Below are positions 47,561 through 58,700 of a stretch of 64,000 nt of DNA, in pieces (the stretch's first letter is position 1; the number at the start of each line of letters is the position of its first letter). This stretch comes from an uncultured archaeon (GTDB taxonomy: Archaea > Thermoplasmatota > Penumbrarchaeia > JASLWR01). Under the pieces are notes generated by a model. It worked only from the letters and a program-made list of their open reading frames with translations. It made no database searches and was not told the DNA's origin. The position numbers were made by a program, and so were the translations under genes. The DNA lies in assembly GCA_964342815.1 (NCBI GenBank), contig CAYFHS010000004.1, forward strand, positions 1-64,000. The letters are read 5' to 3'.

Positions 47561-48088
47561 TTAGTGAAATTCTTTTTCACTCACGATTTCTGTGATCATT
47601 TTCATTCCAAGACGTACTATCCTGGGCTCAAGCCAGAACTCATTGGGCTCGGAAGCAAATGATTCCAGGATTTTTATTGCCGAGGGGTAACTTAATTTAT
47701 TTTCTTTTACCCCTGTGGCGATAATACCGATAGTTCCTTTTACTTGTACGCCTTCGATCTTCGCGACCTCTCGTCCGTCCCTTTCATTTATCAATAAAAG
47801 GGCAGATAACTCTTTTGCCAGAAGTATCGATGTAGCTTCCCCCATATGGATTGAATACCTTTTTACAAATTTTGAGACATCCCCATCCGGATCTCTGATT
47901 TCAATCCAGTCGCCAACCGCTTCCATTATTCGATTTGAATCTGCATGCCCATATTTTTGCCCTTCGATAACGGTTTCATTATAAACAATTTGGGTGAGGC
48001 AGCATTTTTCATATAACTTTTTTATTAAATTAAGCGAGTTAGCTTTTGACAAATGTATCAATGGAGTCGCGTCACTTACGACTATCAT
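47561..48088 (-). CDS. PIN-domain protein (DUF3368-like), VapC-type toxin candidate
   Basis: VVSDATPLIHL, GEATSILLA, LLINERDGR..A...G....GTIGI. Confidence 0.85.
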   Translation of the reverse strand: MIVVSDATPLIHLSKANSLNLIKKLYEKCCLTQIVYNETVIEGQKYGHADSNRIMEAVGDWIEIRDPDGDVSKFVKRYSIHMGEATSILLAKELSALLLINERDGREVAKIEGVQVKGTIGIIATGVKENKLSYPSAIKILESFASEPNEFWLEPRIVRLGMKMITEIVSEKEFH

Positions 48089-48390
48089 TGAATATCCTCA
48101 GTTAGTTCTTTTTCACCATAGCGTATATATGATTTTTTCCCGGACAAAATCTTAAGAGTTTCACGCAATGGTAAATCCAATAGATCTGCGGCATCTCGAA
48201 GTGAAATCCTGCCTTCCTTGTATAAGTAAGTCACCGATTCGATATCCTGTCTTTGTTTATATTCATTCACTAATTGTCGTATTCCATCACGAATTACTTC
48301 AGATAGATTACCATAATATTTTCCTACCAAATATATCTCGGCTTCTTTTGCCAATTCCTCGGGAATTGATATTGTGCGCTTGATATACAT
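48085..48390 (-). CDS. Ribbon-helix-helix + UPF0175-like antitoxin
   Basis: KRTISIP...YGNLSEVIRDGIRQL (RHH); LYKEGRISLRDAADLLDL; 4-bp overlap with the PIN gene. Confidence 0.8.
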   Translation of the reverse strand: MYIKRTISIPEELAKEAEIYLVGKYYGNLSEVIRDGIRQLVNEYKQRQDIESVTYLYKEGRISLRDAADLLDLPLRETLKILSGKKSYIRYGEKELTEDIQ

Positions 48391-48464
48391 GTTTCATACC
48401 TCATATGTACATATATTGAGTGCTTTATTTATAATTTGTCACACGAATATAAGAGAATAAATAA

Positions 48465-48962
48465 TCATTTTTTCCCAGCTTTCTTCATTTTTGAAGAACT
48501 TTCAGTTATAATAATCTCGTATTTTTTTCTGGCGGCTACCTTTTTCTGACCCGCATCAGGGAGAATACGGTTCAGAAGAGAGCCCTTGACCTCCAGCCTT
48601 ATCTCACGAGATAGATCCTCGGAGCTTGCTCTACCCTTTGCAGATTGTATCGTAATGGCCTGCTGCACCTGGGTCAGGGATTCGACGTCCGCCCCCAGCT
48701 CTCGAGCCTGCCTACGGTCCATTTCCAGCTCAAAGACCTTCATCCGACCCACAATGTGCTCCTTGATGAAACATTGGTCCTTGAGGGTTTTCAGGTGATG
48801 GTACAAATTATATCTGGATTCGCGAAGCTCCTTTTCAAGCTCGACTGTGGTGCGGGGCCCTTTCTCCAGGCACTTTATTATGGCCTGGCGGGTGGGATGG
48901 GCCGCCGAAGAGATGTTCCTCGGGACCCATATTCTTTTCTTTTGACTATTTTTTTCCTCCAC
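48465..48962 (-). CDS. ArsR-like winged helix-turn-helix regulator with a C-terminal extension
   Basis: HPTRQAIIKCL..GP.T..EL...L.ESRYNLYHHLKTL. Confidence 0.8.
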   Translation of the reverse strand: MEEKNSQKKRIWVPRNISSAAHPTRQAIIKCLEKGPRTTVELEKELRESRYNLYHHLKTLKDQCFIKEHIVGRMKVFELEMDRRQARELGADVESLTQVQQAITIQSAKGRASSEDLSREIRLEVKGSLLNRILPDAGQKKVAARKKYEIIITESSSKMKKAGKK

Positions 48963-48972
48963 CAGATGCCCC

Positions 48973-49884
48973 CTATCCTTTCTTTTTCATGGACTTCTTC
49001 TTCTGCATGGCGATATTCTTCGATATGAATGACACTGAAGACTGGGCTGCCGTGTATTCGGACGCCGCCATTCCGCCCATTGCAGCCTGGATCTCACCCG
49101 GGGCCATGGCAAGCTCGGATTTTGATACCAGGGAGGAAGCCTTGGCCATGTCCTTCTTGTCCCTGGTCTCGGATCGCTGAAGATAGAAGTGGCTTATCAT
49201 GTGGACCACCCGTCCTTCACCCCAGGAGAACTCGCAGATCACAGGCGCCTCCCCGTATTTTTCCTCGAGCTCTTTCGACTCTACAAGGACGTTTACTTTT
49301 TTATTGTCCAGGACCACTATGGGGTATGAGCTTCCCTCCAGCCACCAAAGCGGATCCATACCGTCCTCCAGAAACCCATCCAGTATTGGATTGTCGGGAT
49401 CGAGAACGTTTATCCTGACCACTTCGTCCTGGGTCGGCTTCTGATTGTACTTCATGGTCTTTGGGAACGCCCGTTCTATAATGTGTTTCAGGGCCCAATC
49501 GGTTGTGATCAGTAGCCCCCCTCCGTTGACGAAGGTCACTATCTTCCTTATGGCCTTGTCGGACACCTGCCCCGGACAGTTGACGAACAGGGTCTGGTCA
49601 GGGCGGAGCTTTATCGTATCCATATTGCCAATATTGATCCTGACGAAAGGAATCCCTGCAAGCTCCAGTACCAGGTGTGCATGGTCATATGTACCGTCCA
49701 CTACCACTACGTCCGCCTCGGTAACCTCCTTTAGAGCTTCGGCTGACTCAGGATCCTTTTTCTCCATCTTGAGCCTGGTGAAGAACGCCCCTGCCTTGTA
49801 TGACGCTTTCATCTTTGCCTGCCCAGGGGCTTCTCCGCTGTTGATATTCATATCCATTTTTTGCTGTTGACACATTTCCGGCAC
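48973..49884 (-). CDS. Conserved hypothetical protein, class I glutamine-amidotransferase-like fold
   Basis: VVVVDGTYDH...LFVNCPG...FV.GGGLLITTDWAL...WGEGRVVHMISHF. Confidence 0.55.
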   Translation of the reverse strand: MPEMCQQQKMDMNINSGEAPGQAKMKASYKAGAFFTRLKMEKKDPESAEALKEVTEADVVVVDGTYDHAHLVLELAGIPFVRINIGNMDTIKLRPDQTLFVNCPGQVSDKAIRKIVTFVNGGGLLITTDWALKHIIERAFPKTMKYNQKPTQDEVVRINVLDPDNPILDGFLEDGMDPLWWLEGSSYPIVVLDNKKVNVLVESKELEEKYGEAPVICEFSWGEGRVVHMISHFYLQRSETRDKKDMAKASSLVSKSELAMAPGEIQAAMGGMAASEYTAAQSSVSFISKNIAMQKKKSMKKKG

Positions 49885-50056
49885 CTCGTTTTTTCAAGTA
49901 AGTAAGTATTTACTTACTAAGATTTAAAACTATGTGTCTCATCTATCGAAAATGTCACTCGGGAGAATCTTTTAATGAAGGATTTAGTAGTTATTTTTTA
50001 GTCGGATGGGGATAAGGGTGTTAAAAGGAATGGAATGCGACCTCATCCATTTCACA

Positions 50057-52177
50057 TCAATAGAAAGTGAAAAAGGTAATGAGAAAAATGAAAAAACTAA
50101 TTGCTGGCCAAAATGATAACTTGACTATGAGGTTGTCTCGGTAGTTTACTATTTTACTTTTATAACTCGAAGCGAGCAAGATCGAATTAACGGACAACAC
50201 GAGTATGGCAAAGTACAATTCGAAATAAAAGAACTCGAAATAAATAAATTCGTTTAGTGATAGGTTTTCTCTTAGGGAAATATGTGAGATCATCAGAACG
50301 AAGAAAAGGGAACCGCAAAATGCCAGGACCGGCAAGGATCCGAATCCAAAGATGCCTACCTTTTTCTTCTTCACCGTTGTGATCATTAGCACCGCGAATA
50401 ATAGAAGAACTATAATGATCAAGGGTATGGCATCGGACATGAATACGCTGATTGCATTGGGCTCTATCTCGACGTTGAAATATAGCTCCGGGAACTCCGA
50501 ACATCTGCTGGATTTGAGCCCCAGGTTTGTGTTGTATTCGTTTATTCGATAACTGTAATAGCTTTCTTTCACACTCCATCCTTCAATAATAAAGTTCTTT
50601 TCGATACCCGGTAGTTCATGTGGTTTTATCGTGTTGTAACCTTCAAAATCAGGAACAAGAATAACATTATGTTGCAGATCGTTCGGCCAGAACCTAATCC
50701 AGACATTTTCTTTGTTGAAAGGGTAGAGTGAATAGTCGAACGGCTGCCTCAAGGCGGCATTGAAATACCAAATACTTACGTTATCATTTGAAAAACTCAG
50801 TGAAATCTCCGAACTTTCTGCCTCTGGTAAAATGAATCCCATTGTTACCGATGTTTCGTTTATATGTTTTTGCCAAACGTATCCGGTGAGGATAACATTG
50901 TTTCCACTGCTGAACTCTATTGATTGAATGAAGACTCCCGTAGGGATCCTGATCAAAGAATCATCTTCTACCGATTCTGAATCGTAACAGTAGTTGGAAA
51001 TAGTAGATTCTACCGCATTATTATCATATACCGATATATTTTCCGATCCGAGACCATATACGGATTCCAATGAGATTACCCAGTAAAGAAAGGTTCCACC
51101 GAATAGAAGTGCGGACAGGGTAAGCGTGACAAACCATAGCCTCCTTGCCTCTGTTGATTTTTTCCTAGTAATAATCAGTATCAATGATATTATGAAAATG
51201 ATTGAAACGATGATTATAAAAAAGAGGGTATGCCTTAACGAAACCTCGATGTCCTGCAATATTTCATCTTCTATGAATACGGCTCCCAATGTCCACTTTC
51301 CATCACCGGTGTTAATCTCGTCCAAAGCGATCCATAGCGTCTGTCCCGTGTTTTGATTCTTGTAATTGATAAGATTTTCGTCTCTTTTCTCCTTGGCGAT
51401 GTGGAGTTGATCATATTCATCCCCGGTCTCTATTATCTTTTTTCCCAGATATTCTTTGTTTGGATGCGAGGCGATAATGTTATCTTCCGTGAATATAAAA
51501 CCGTACCCGGTTTGTCCGAACGTTATTTCGCTCACTTTGTCCCGAATGTCGTCCAAAGAGTACACCGTGGCAACAACTCCGGCGATCTCTTTTTTTCCTG
51601 GATTGTTATAGTTTTCATAGAATGGAACTCCATAGACCGCAATGAGTGTGTCGCTTGCGGTTCCAAAATACGCTTCGGTCCAGCTGGGTCCGTTTTTCAA
51701 TGGATTCTGATACCAGATGGTTCTGACCCCGTGATATCCGTCAGGCTTTGTATAATTATACAATTGTTCGATCATTACCAGTTCATTTCCAGTTTCAGAC
51801 CGCTTTACGTAAGGAGCAAAAAGATTTGTTTCTGGGTTTCTTTTGAAAGGTTCGAAGGCGACTACTACGCCGAATATCTCAGGATTTTCTTCCATCGTTC
51901 TATTCAATCGGTCTTCTATACCGTCATATTTCAGGTTTCCGTTATTGAGGTCGGAAGCAATGGATGTTGATAATGTCACAGGATTTTTGAGCCAATTCTC
52001 GATGCTTGTTGAGGCTTCCTTGACGTTATCGGTTGTTTTCACTTTATGTTCATCCAATAACTGAGATGGACTTATGGTATAAACCAGGCAAAGAACAAAT
52101 AGAATAATTAGGCTCACGATGCATATAACTTTGTTGAGATCTGACATGAATTTCATATTCTTTGAAGATGCTTTCAT
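50057..52177 (-). CDS. Cache-domain sensor fused to a prokaryotic pentameric ligand-gated ion channel (pLGIC)-like module
   Basis: TM, then dCache-like WYQNP...GPSWTEAYF...YGVPFY...GYGFI, two TM, a beta-rich ECD with IPTGVFIQSIEF and PFDYSLYPFNKENV (YPF Pro-loop), then four C-terminal TM. ATG at 52177 preferred. Confidence 0.72.
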   Translation of the reverse strand: MKASSKNMKFMSDLNKVICIVSLIILFVLCLVYTISPSQLLDEHKVKTTDNVKEASTSIENWLKNPVTLSTSIASDLNNGNLKYDGIEDRLNRTMEENPEIFGVVVAFEPFKRNPETNLFAPYVKRSETGNELVMIEQLYNYTKPDGYHGVRTIWYQNPLKNGPSWTEAYFGTASDTLIAVYGVPFYENYNNPGKKEIAGVVATVYSLDDIRDKVSEITFGQTGYGFIFTEDNIIASHPNKEYLGKKIIETGDEYDQLHIAKEKRDENLINYKNQNTGQTLWIALDEINTGDGKWTLGAVFIEDEILQDIEVSLRHTLFFIIIVSIIFIISLILIITRKKSTEARRLWFVTLTLSALLFGGTFLYWVISLESVYGLGSENISVYDNNAVESTISNYCYDSESVEDDSLIRIPTGVFIQSIEFSSGNNVILTGYVWQKHINETSVTMGFILPEAESSEISLSFSNDNVSIWYFNAALRQPFDYSLYPFNKENVWIRFWPNDLQHNVILVPDFEGYNTIKPHELPGIEKNFIIEGWSVKESYYSYRINEYNTNLGLKSSRCSEFPELYFNVEIEPNAISVFMSDAIPLIIIVLLLFAVLMITTVKKKKVGIFGFGSLPVLAFCGSLFFVLMISHISLRENLSLNEFIYFEFFYFELYFAILVLSVNSILLASSYKSKIVNYRDNLIVKLSFWPAISFFIFLITFFTFY

Positions 52178-52532
52178 CTTAACACTTGGGGGATCAATTG
52201 AGATAGTATCAATACAAATATATAAAACTATTTTAAGGTATCTGATTGAAATATTTAAGAAGCAACTCCTAGAGGAAATTATTTTGCACACTTTTTCATT
52301 TTGACCGAGTAAGCGAGGGTCGAGATTTTTCGGGGAGAGACCGTCCCATAACGAGGAGCGCTGTATTGCGAGTTTTGTCTGAATTATTGAAAGTCGGATG
52401 ATATGCTGTGACAGATCGAGTTCAATTGTCAATATAATCCTTGGCCGGCAATTGCCGACCATAGAGGCTTCGCCTCCTTCCTTTTTATTAATAATTTTGG
52501 TTCGGGCCGACGTTCGCCTGGGGGCCGCAGGA

Positions 52533-52554
52533 TTGCTTGGACACTTCCAAGCAA
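52533..52554 (-). terminator. 8-bp stem-loop downstream of the ABC operon, possible terminator or processing hairpin
   Basis: TTGCTTGG / CCAAGCAA arms with a 6-nt loop, about 60 bp past the permease stop. Confidence 0.3.
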
Positions 52555-52616
52555 GTCAGGTGTGCTATTCGTACACCGAGACCCTCTATAGTTGTTGACA
52601 AATTATTATGTCGACT

Positions 52617-53807
52617 CTATTTGTTCATGGCCCTCTTGAATACCGGGACTGCGATTATCAGCAGCACCGTACCGAACACAGCCATGAATATCACCTCGAA
52701 AGCTATGTTAGATATACCTCCGCCCAGAACTATGACCTTTCTCAAAGCTGTTGTGGAATAGGTCAGTGGAAGTATCTTCGATACGTACTGCATGAACCAC
52801 GGCATCTGCTCCATGGGGAAGAATACTCCGCTCATGATCATCATTGGGAACATAAGGCTCATCATTATCATGCTGGCCGTCTCTTCCGTATCGGCAAACG
52901 AGGTAATCAGGATTCCAAGACCAACGAAACCGTACACTCCCAGTACCAGAAGGAAGAAGACCAGGAATAAACTCCCGTAGATCTTCACATCGAAGACCAG
53001 CATGGCCAGTACCAAAATAATGGTTCCCTGCAGCATTCCGCGAATGGTCTGGGCCATCACCTTGCCGAGAATGATGGACGAGCGGTTTATAGGCGCCACC
53101 AGCATTCCGTCGAGAGTACCCATGTCCTTTTCGTACGATATGGCATGGGGAAGCCCGGTCATAAGCGACATCATAACCACCATGCCCATGATCCCAGGGG
53201 CAACGAATTGGAAATAGTTGGGGTCACCGGATATTATTCCCTTTACCTTCACCCGATATGGTTTTATCAATGCTCCTGTGTCATTGGTATCCACTCCATA
53301 GGTCTCGTTCAATTTTTTTTCCGCCCTTATGGTTCCGATCTGCTCAATGGTCAGCTTCAGTGCGGACTCCACCATTAACGACAGCTGGGGATTGGATTGA
53401 TCAGTAATTATCGTGATATTTGCGGTCCTACCTGCCAGAAGCGACGCCGTGAAATCCTCAGCGAGCAGTATCCCTCCGCTGATTTCTCCGTTCCGGATCT
53501 CGCTTTTCAACTCTTCCATATCTCCCCCCGACGTGATGTCGAATAACTCGGTACGGTTGTTGAACATATGGAAGTTTGTAAGAAAAGGATCCGCGAGCAT
53601 GGTTCCATTCTCGCCAATATCTCTATTCGCGATGGCAATTGGAACGTCGCTCATGGAATCCATGGTTGGAAAGATAAAACCCACCATTATCATCATGAAG
53701 AAAGGCATGACCACCAGCATCACAAGGGCCAGCCTGTTGCGGGCTATCTCGAGAACGTCCTTCCAGCACACCCAGAAACTGTGTCGAAATACTTTTATAA
53801 TTTTCAT
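52617..53807 (-). CDS. ABC-2 type exporter permease
   Basis: YFQFVAPGIMGM, EKDMGTLDGMLVAP, SGVFFP..MPWFMQYVSKILPLTY. Confidence 0.92.
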   Translation of the reverse strand: MKIIKVFRHSFWVCWKDVLEIARNRLALVMLVVMPFFMMIMVGFIFPTMDSMSDVPIAIANRDIGENGTMLADPFLTNFHMFNNRTELFDITSGGDMEELKSEIRNGEISGGILLAEDFTASLLAGRTANITIITDQSNPQLSLMVESALKLTIEQIGTIRAEKKLNETYGVDTNDTGALIKPYRVKVKGIISGDPNYFQFVAPGIMGMVVMMSLMTGLPHAISYEKDMGTLDGMLVAPINRSSIILGKVMAQTIRGMLQGTIILVLAMLVFDVKIYGSLFLVFFLLVLGVYGFVGLGILITSFADTEETASMIMMSLMFPMMIMSGVFFPMEQMPWFMQYVSKILPLTYSTTALRKVIVLGGGISNIAFEVIFMAVFGTVLLIIAVPVFKRAMNK

Positions 53808-54823
53808 TATCTCACCCTCTTTTTAGCTCTCCAGTGACCATGTTGTCCAATACCCTTGACCTTTTCGGAGGTTTCGTCCCGTACCTCGTGCCCCGTGAGA
53901 TGAAGGAACACATCCTCAAGGGTCGGTTCCAGATTCTTAATAAAAGCGATCTTTCCATTTTCACGCCGCACCGTGTCTATTATCTCGTCGAAAGCGTCTT
54001 CTCCCCGTGCCTGTATCTTGACGTGAGTGTCATCCTTGAACTTTGCCGTCCTTACACAGTCCAACGATCTGAGGCTTTCCATGATGCTGTTCGATAGATT
54101 GGGAATGTTCATCTCCATCACCGTGGTATCATCACCGGATATGAGTCGTTTGAGGTTCTCGGGGGTATCTATTGCCACTATCTTTCCCCTGTCTATTATG
54201 CCTATTCTGTCGCAGAGAAGGTCCGCCTCCACCATCATATGCGTTGTAAGTATTATTGTGGTCTTATGCTCAAGATTTATCTTGCGTATGAACTCCCTTA
54301 TCTCACTGGATGACTGGGGATCGAGACCCAGGGTAGGCTCGTCAAGGAACAGTATTTCCGGCTGGTTCAAAAGAGCCCGCACCACGTTTATTCGCTGTTT
54401 CATACCCGTGGAAAAGGTACCTATCTGGGAATTTGCCCATTTTTCCATCTTAACAAGTTTCAACAGCTCTTTGATCTTTTCGGCGAGCGCCGCTTTTGGT
54501 ATATCGAAAAGCTTGCCGAACAGTTTCATGTTCTCAGCAGCGGTGAGTCGATCGTACATTATCATCTTTTCCGACACCAGACCAATGTGCTCCCGGACCT
54601 TACCGTCCTCTTTCCTTATGTCGTAACCTCCCACCTTCGCGGATCCCTCTGTGGGCCTGCTCAGAGTACACAGCATCCTGATGGTGGTTGTCTTGCCCGC
54701 ACCGTTTGGCCCTAGAAAGCCGAATACCTCGCCTTTTCGCACCTTGAAAGATACATGGTCCACAGCTGCAAGCTCCCCGAATCTCTTCGTAAGCTCCATG
54801 GTCTCGATGGCGATCTCATGCAT
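53807..54823 (-). CDS. ABC exporter ATP-binding protein (DrrA-like)
   Basis: Walker A GPNGAGKTT, signature FSTGMKQR, LDEPT, TTH; ATG at 54823 overlaps the MarR stop. Confidence 0.95.
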   Translation of the reverse strand: MHEIAIETMELTKRFGELAAVDHVSFKVRKGEVFGFLGPNGAGKTTTIRMLCTLSRPTEGSAKVGGYDIRKEDGKVREHIGLVSEKMIMYDRLTAAENMKLFGKLFDIPKAALAEKIKELLKLVKMEKWANSQIGTFSTGMKQRINVVRALLNQPEILFLDEPTLGLDPQSSSEIREFIRKINLEHKTTIILTTHMMVEADLLCDRIGIIDRGKIVAIDTPENLKRLISGDDTTVMEMNIPNLSNSIMESLRSLDCVRTAKFKDDTHVKIQARGEDAFDEIIDTVRRENGKIAFIKNLEPTLEDVFLHLTGHEVRDETSEKVKGIGQHGHWRAKKRVR

Positions 54824-55286
54824 GGATGCAGCCCCCGACTTCATCATCCAGCACAGCATATTTGGAATCCAGTATATTCCGGTGCATTCTTTGTATGAGA
54901 TCGAGGAACAGTTTAAATTCTTCATCGGTAAAGTCCGAGGTCAGTACCTCCGTTAACTCACGGAGTATCTCAATGACCAAATTCCCAATATGCTCCCCCT
55001 TTTCAGTGAGAAAGACCTGATAAGCCCTTCGGTCCTTTGGATTCCTTCTCCTTTCCACGTAACCCTCATCCAATAATTTCCGGATCGCCCGACCAACTGT
55101 AGCCTTGTCCACGTGAAAGAAACGGGATAGCTCTTCCTGGCTCTGCCCGTTCCTCTGTAGAAGCATGCGGAAATAGGGAAACTGCCCGCAGCCGATCTTG
55201 TATTCCTTCAGTCTGTTCGAGACAAACGCCCTGCCGTGCCGATGTATAATGGACATCGATTTACCGATGGACTCGTAATTTTCCAT
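54816..55286 (-). CDS. MarR-family transcriptional regulator
   Basis: SQEELS...VDKATVGRAI..L...GYV.R...P.DRRAY.V.LTEKG. Confidence 0.92.
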   Translation of the reverse strand: MENYESIGKSMSIIHRHGRAFVSNRLKEYKIGCGQFPYFRMLLQRNGQSQEELSRFFHVDKATVGRAIRKLLDEGYVERRRNPKDRRAYQVFLTEKGEHIGNLVIEILRELTEVLTSDFTDEEFKLFLDLIQRMHRNILDSKYAVLDDEVGGCIHA

Positions 55287-55350
55287 AGCGCTCAAGTTCC
55301 TGGCTCACCCAATAAGGGCGGTTCCTTTGTATCGGTGCTGAAATTAACTA

Positions 55351-55377
55351 ATTATATATAACGGTTGCTTACGCAAC
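55351..55377 (-). promoter_or_regulatory. Likely TATA box (TATATATAAT on the minus strand) with an adjacent palindromic operator GTTGC-N4-GCAAC for the marR-ABC operon
   Basis: ATTATATATA at 55351-55360; GTTGCTTACGCAAC at 55364-55377, about 65-90 bp upstream of the marR start. Confidence 0.5.
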
Positions 55378-55738
55378 TATTTGGCGTGATAATTGTATCC
55401 TCCAATGAGAAGTACTGGCTGAAGAACATCATTCACCCCGCGGACGACGTATAATACACACCCTCCTCACTTAAAATAACGGATTGTTGTAAATCGTGAA
55501 GAAAAGCACGGCCAAACGTTGACCTTGATTTTCATTGTTTTTTTATAGTGACCCAGAATAGGGATCGAGTCAAACTTAATTGACGCGGCCAAGAGGGAAG
55601 AGACTCTCGTTTCGGAAACGTAAAACCCCGGTTTTCTCGATTTTTTTGTACCCGTAAATTAGATATTTATCGTTAAATATCGGGTTGCCCTGTAGGTTGT
55701 CAGTATTCCATCACGTATGATGCTAGCGGTGTAACGAC

Positions 55739-58700
55739 ATGAAACGATCTGTTCTTCAATCTCTCTTGACGCTATTTCTACTGCTCTCGGTCCCGGCCAT
55801 GCAGTTCATCTGCAGCGTTTCTGAAGAAGAAGCCAGCGCGTTCTCTCGCCCCGGAAATGAGGGCAAACCGGCCGCCGAAACGTATACCGGGACCCGGGCT
55901 ACCAGATATGTGGATGATTCCGGTGGACAAACGTACACGACCATACAGTCGGCTGTGAACGCCGCAAGTCCGGGGGATACAATCTACGTCTATGCCGGCA
56001 CCTACGCGGAGGATGTGGTTATCGGGAAGAGCGTCATACTCACCGGTCAGGATCGCGCCACCACCATCATCAGGGGCACAGGGGCAACGGATGCGGTTTA
56101 CATATCAGCCAATGGTGTGCAGATGAGCGGATTCACCGTCACAGGTACGGGCACGGGAGATTCCGATGCGGCCATTAAGCTCGACGGCGTCACGAACTGC
56201 AGGATCGAGAACAACCTTTGCACTCCAAAGAATTTCCAGTACACCAGTGTCCCTTTCAGTGATAATTTCGATGACGGAAGCATTTCCCCGTGGACCCGGA
56301 GCAGTAACTACGCTTGGGTTAGCACCCAGACGTATAATTCTTATCGTTACTCCATGTACCTGCACGGCGACTCCGTGACTACTACCTCACCTAACATCAA
56401 CCTGCAAGGAGCCAGTTCTGCCACTCTGGAATGCTGGATCAGACGGGGAGGCAGTTTCAGCGAGGATCCAGATAACGGGGAGGACCTACTTGTTCAATAC
56501 TACGATAACGGACACGTGTACAAGACAATCAAGACATTCGCTGGGAACGGGATAGAGGGGCAGATATATCGGGAGAATATCAATCTGCCCGCCGGTGCTC
56601 TCTGGAACTCTTTCAAGATACGTTTCTACCTAATTGCCGGGTCGGGAGATGGTTATGACTACTGGCATATCGACGATGTGAAAGTGACTAAGTACGTTAA
56701 TATACACTCCGGGGTGAGATGGGGCATATGCCTCATTTCAAGCAACGGTAACGTCATCTCGGGAAACGACTGCACCGCCGCAGACGCGGGAGGCATCGTT
56801 CTAAACGGATCCCGCGGTAACGATGTGAAAAACAACACGTGTCAGGATATGGGCAAGGGGATAAGTCTGCAAGGCTCTCACGGAAACCGACTGGAATACA
56901 ACGATTGCGATAGAGATGATTCAGGAATGTATATATCCTCTTCCAATGGCAATCGGCTGGAAAATAACATCGTCAACAACAGTATCGTCGGTATCCAGAT
57001 GGTCAATTCAATCGGTAACGATATAGATGGGAACGACCTCGACCGAAACGATTATGGTATTCACGCGGTTAACCCGCAGGGAACGAACATCACCAACAAT
57101 TCCTGCAGGAACTGCAGCAGCAAGGGGATAGAGATGATAAGGGGCAGGGGGAACGTTCTTTGCGATAACAACGGTTCGGGGAGCCCCACGGGCATTGATA
57201 TCAACAACAGTGAAGGGAATGTAATCTGCCGCAACAATCTAACGGACAACCACTATGGCATCGATCTGTCTTCCTCCAACCGGAACGAAGTGCATAATAA
57301 TACCATCACAGATCCCATCACCATAGGAATTCGGCTGGACCAGTGCAGCTTCAATAACATAACGTACAACCTGTGCCGAGGCGGTACAAAGGGGATCGAG
57401 GTGAACGGGGGCTCCGGCTGCCACCTCAAACGTAACAACTGCACAGGCAGCGACCGCGGCATTGACGTCTTGACCTCCAACGGTACCCGGGTAATGCAAA
57501 ATTACTGTTCAGGGAACAAGTACGGATTGAAGATAGAAGGAGGAGAATTAAATTTTGTTTCTGGGAATGAACTTGCAGGCAATCAATATGGAATGAACCT
57601 GAGCTACTCGGATAATTGCACCCTGGATCGTAATGACTGCTCGAATAATGATATTGGCATTGCAGTCTTTGAGAGCAATGACAATCAGGTATGTAACAAT
57701 ATCGGGTCTAAGACGCGGGAAGTCATCAGCCTCAAAGGTTCGGACAATAATGATGTTCGGGGTAACAACTGTTCCGGAAGCGATTATGGAATGATCTTCG
57801 AAGAATCACACAATAACGAGATAATAAACAATACCTGCCACAATAACGGTATATATGGTCTCGGAATGGGATTTTCCTACAATAACACCATATCCGGCAA
57901 CAGTTTCATTGACAATTCGGAAGATGGAATGAACATGCGATATTCAAACAACTTCACTATCACCGATAACACGTTCAGAGGTAATTTGGATGATGGACTC
58001 GACATTCAACATTCGGACAATAACACAATTTTCCATAATGCAATTAATGTAATGGGAGCCAACGGGATCAAACTTCTATTTTCGGACAACAACCTAATCT
58101 CACGTAACACCTGTGTAAACAATTCCAACAGTGGGATCAATATCAGCCATTCAAATTTGAACGAAATTACCGAAAACTTCTGCAATGAGAACAACCATTC
58201 TGGTATCGACCTTTACAGGGGTATCGGCATGGTCCTGGCGAACAATACCTGCCAATTAAACAAAGGATCGGGTTTTACCGGTATATACCTGGATCGCACA
58301 ATCTTCTTTAATAATACACTTAATAACAACTCTGCCTGCGGCTTGGCCCTGATCGGTTCGGGAAATTGCGAGATCATCCAGAACATCCTTTACGGCAACG
58401 AGCTATCGGGTATCGATATTCGCGATAATTCCAGTTATAACAAAATTCTATATAACTCCATCGCGTTCAATGGATTTTTCGGGATATCAGTAGGCTCCGG
58501 TAACAAGAAAAATAAAAATGAGATGAGGATGAATTCCACCTCCAACAATACGCTGCATCATAATGATCTCATTGAGAACAATCATGGCGGCGTACAGGCC
58601 CGGGATGAGGGAGCCGATAATTCCTGGGATGACGGTGAGAGAAATGGAAATTTCTGGTATGATTTCCAAAACCGCTACCCGTCCGCATCAAATGACGGAA

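Noticed and set aside
47561-48390. PIN/RHH pair as a novel defence system
   Set aside because: Ordinary VapBC-like toxin-antitoxin architecture with no additional associated genes.
52330-52530. Further attC-like element upstream of the Cache-pLGIC gene
   Set aside because: Only a 10-bp match (CGAGGAGCGC) and a short palindrome; no paired TAAC/GTTA ends.
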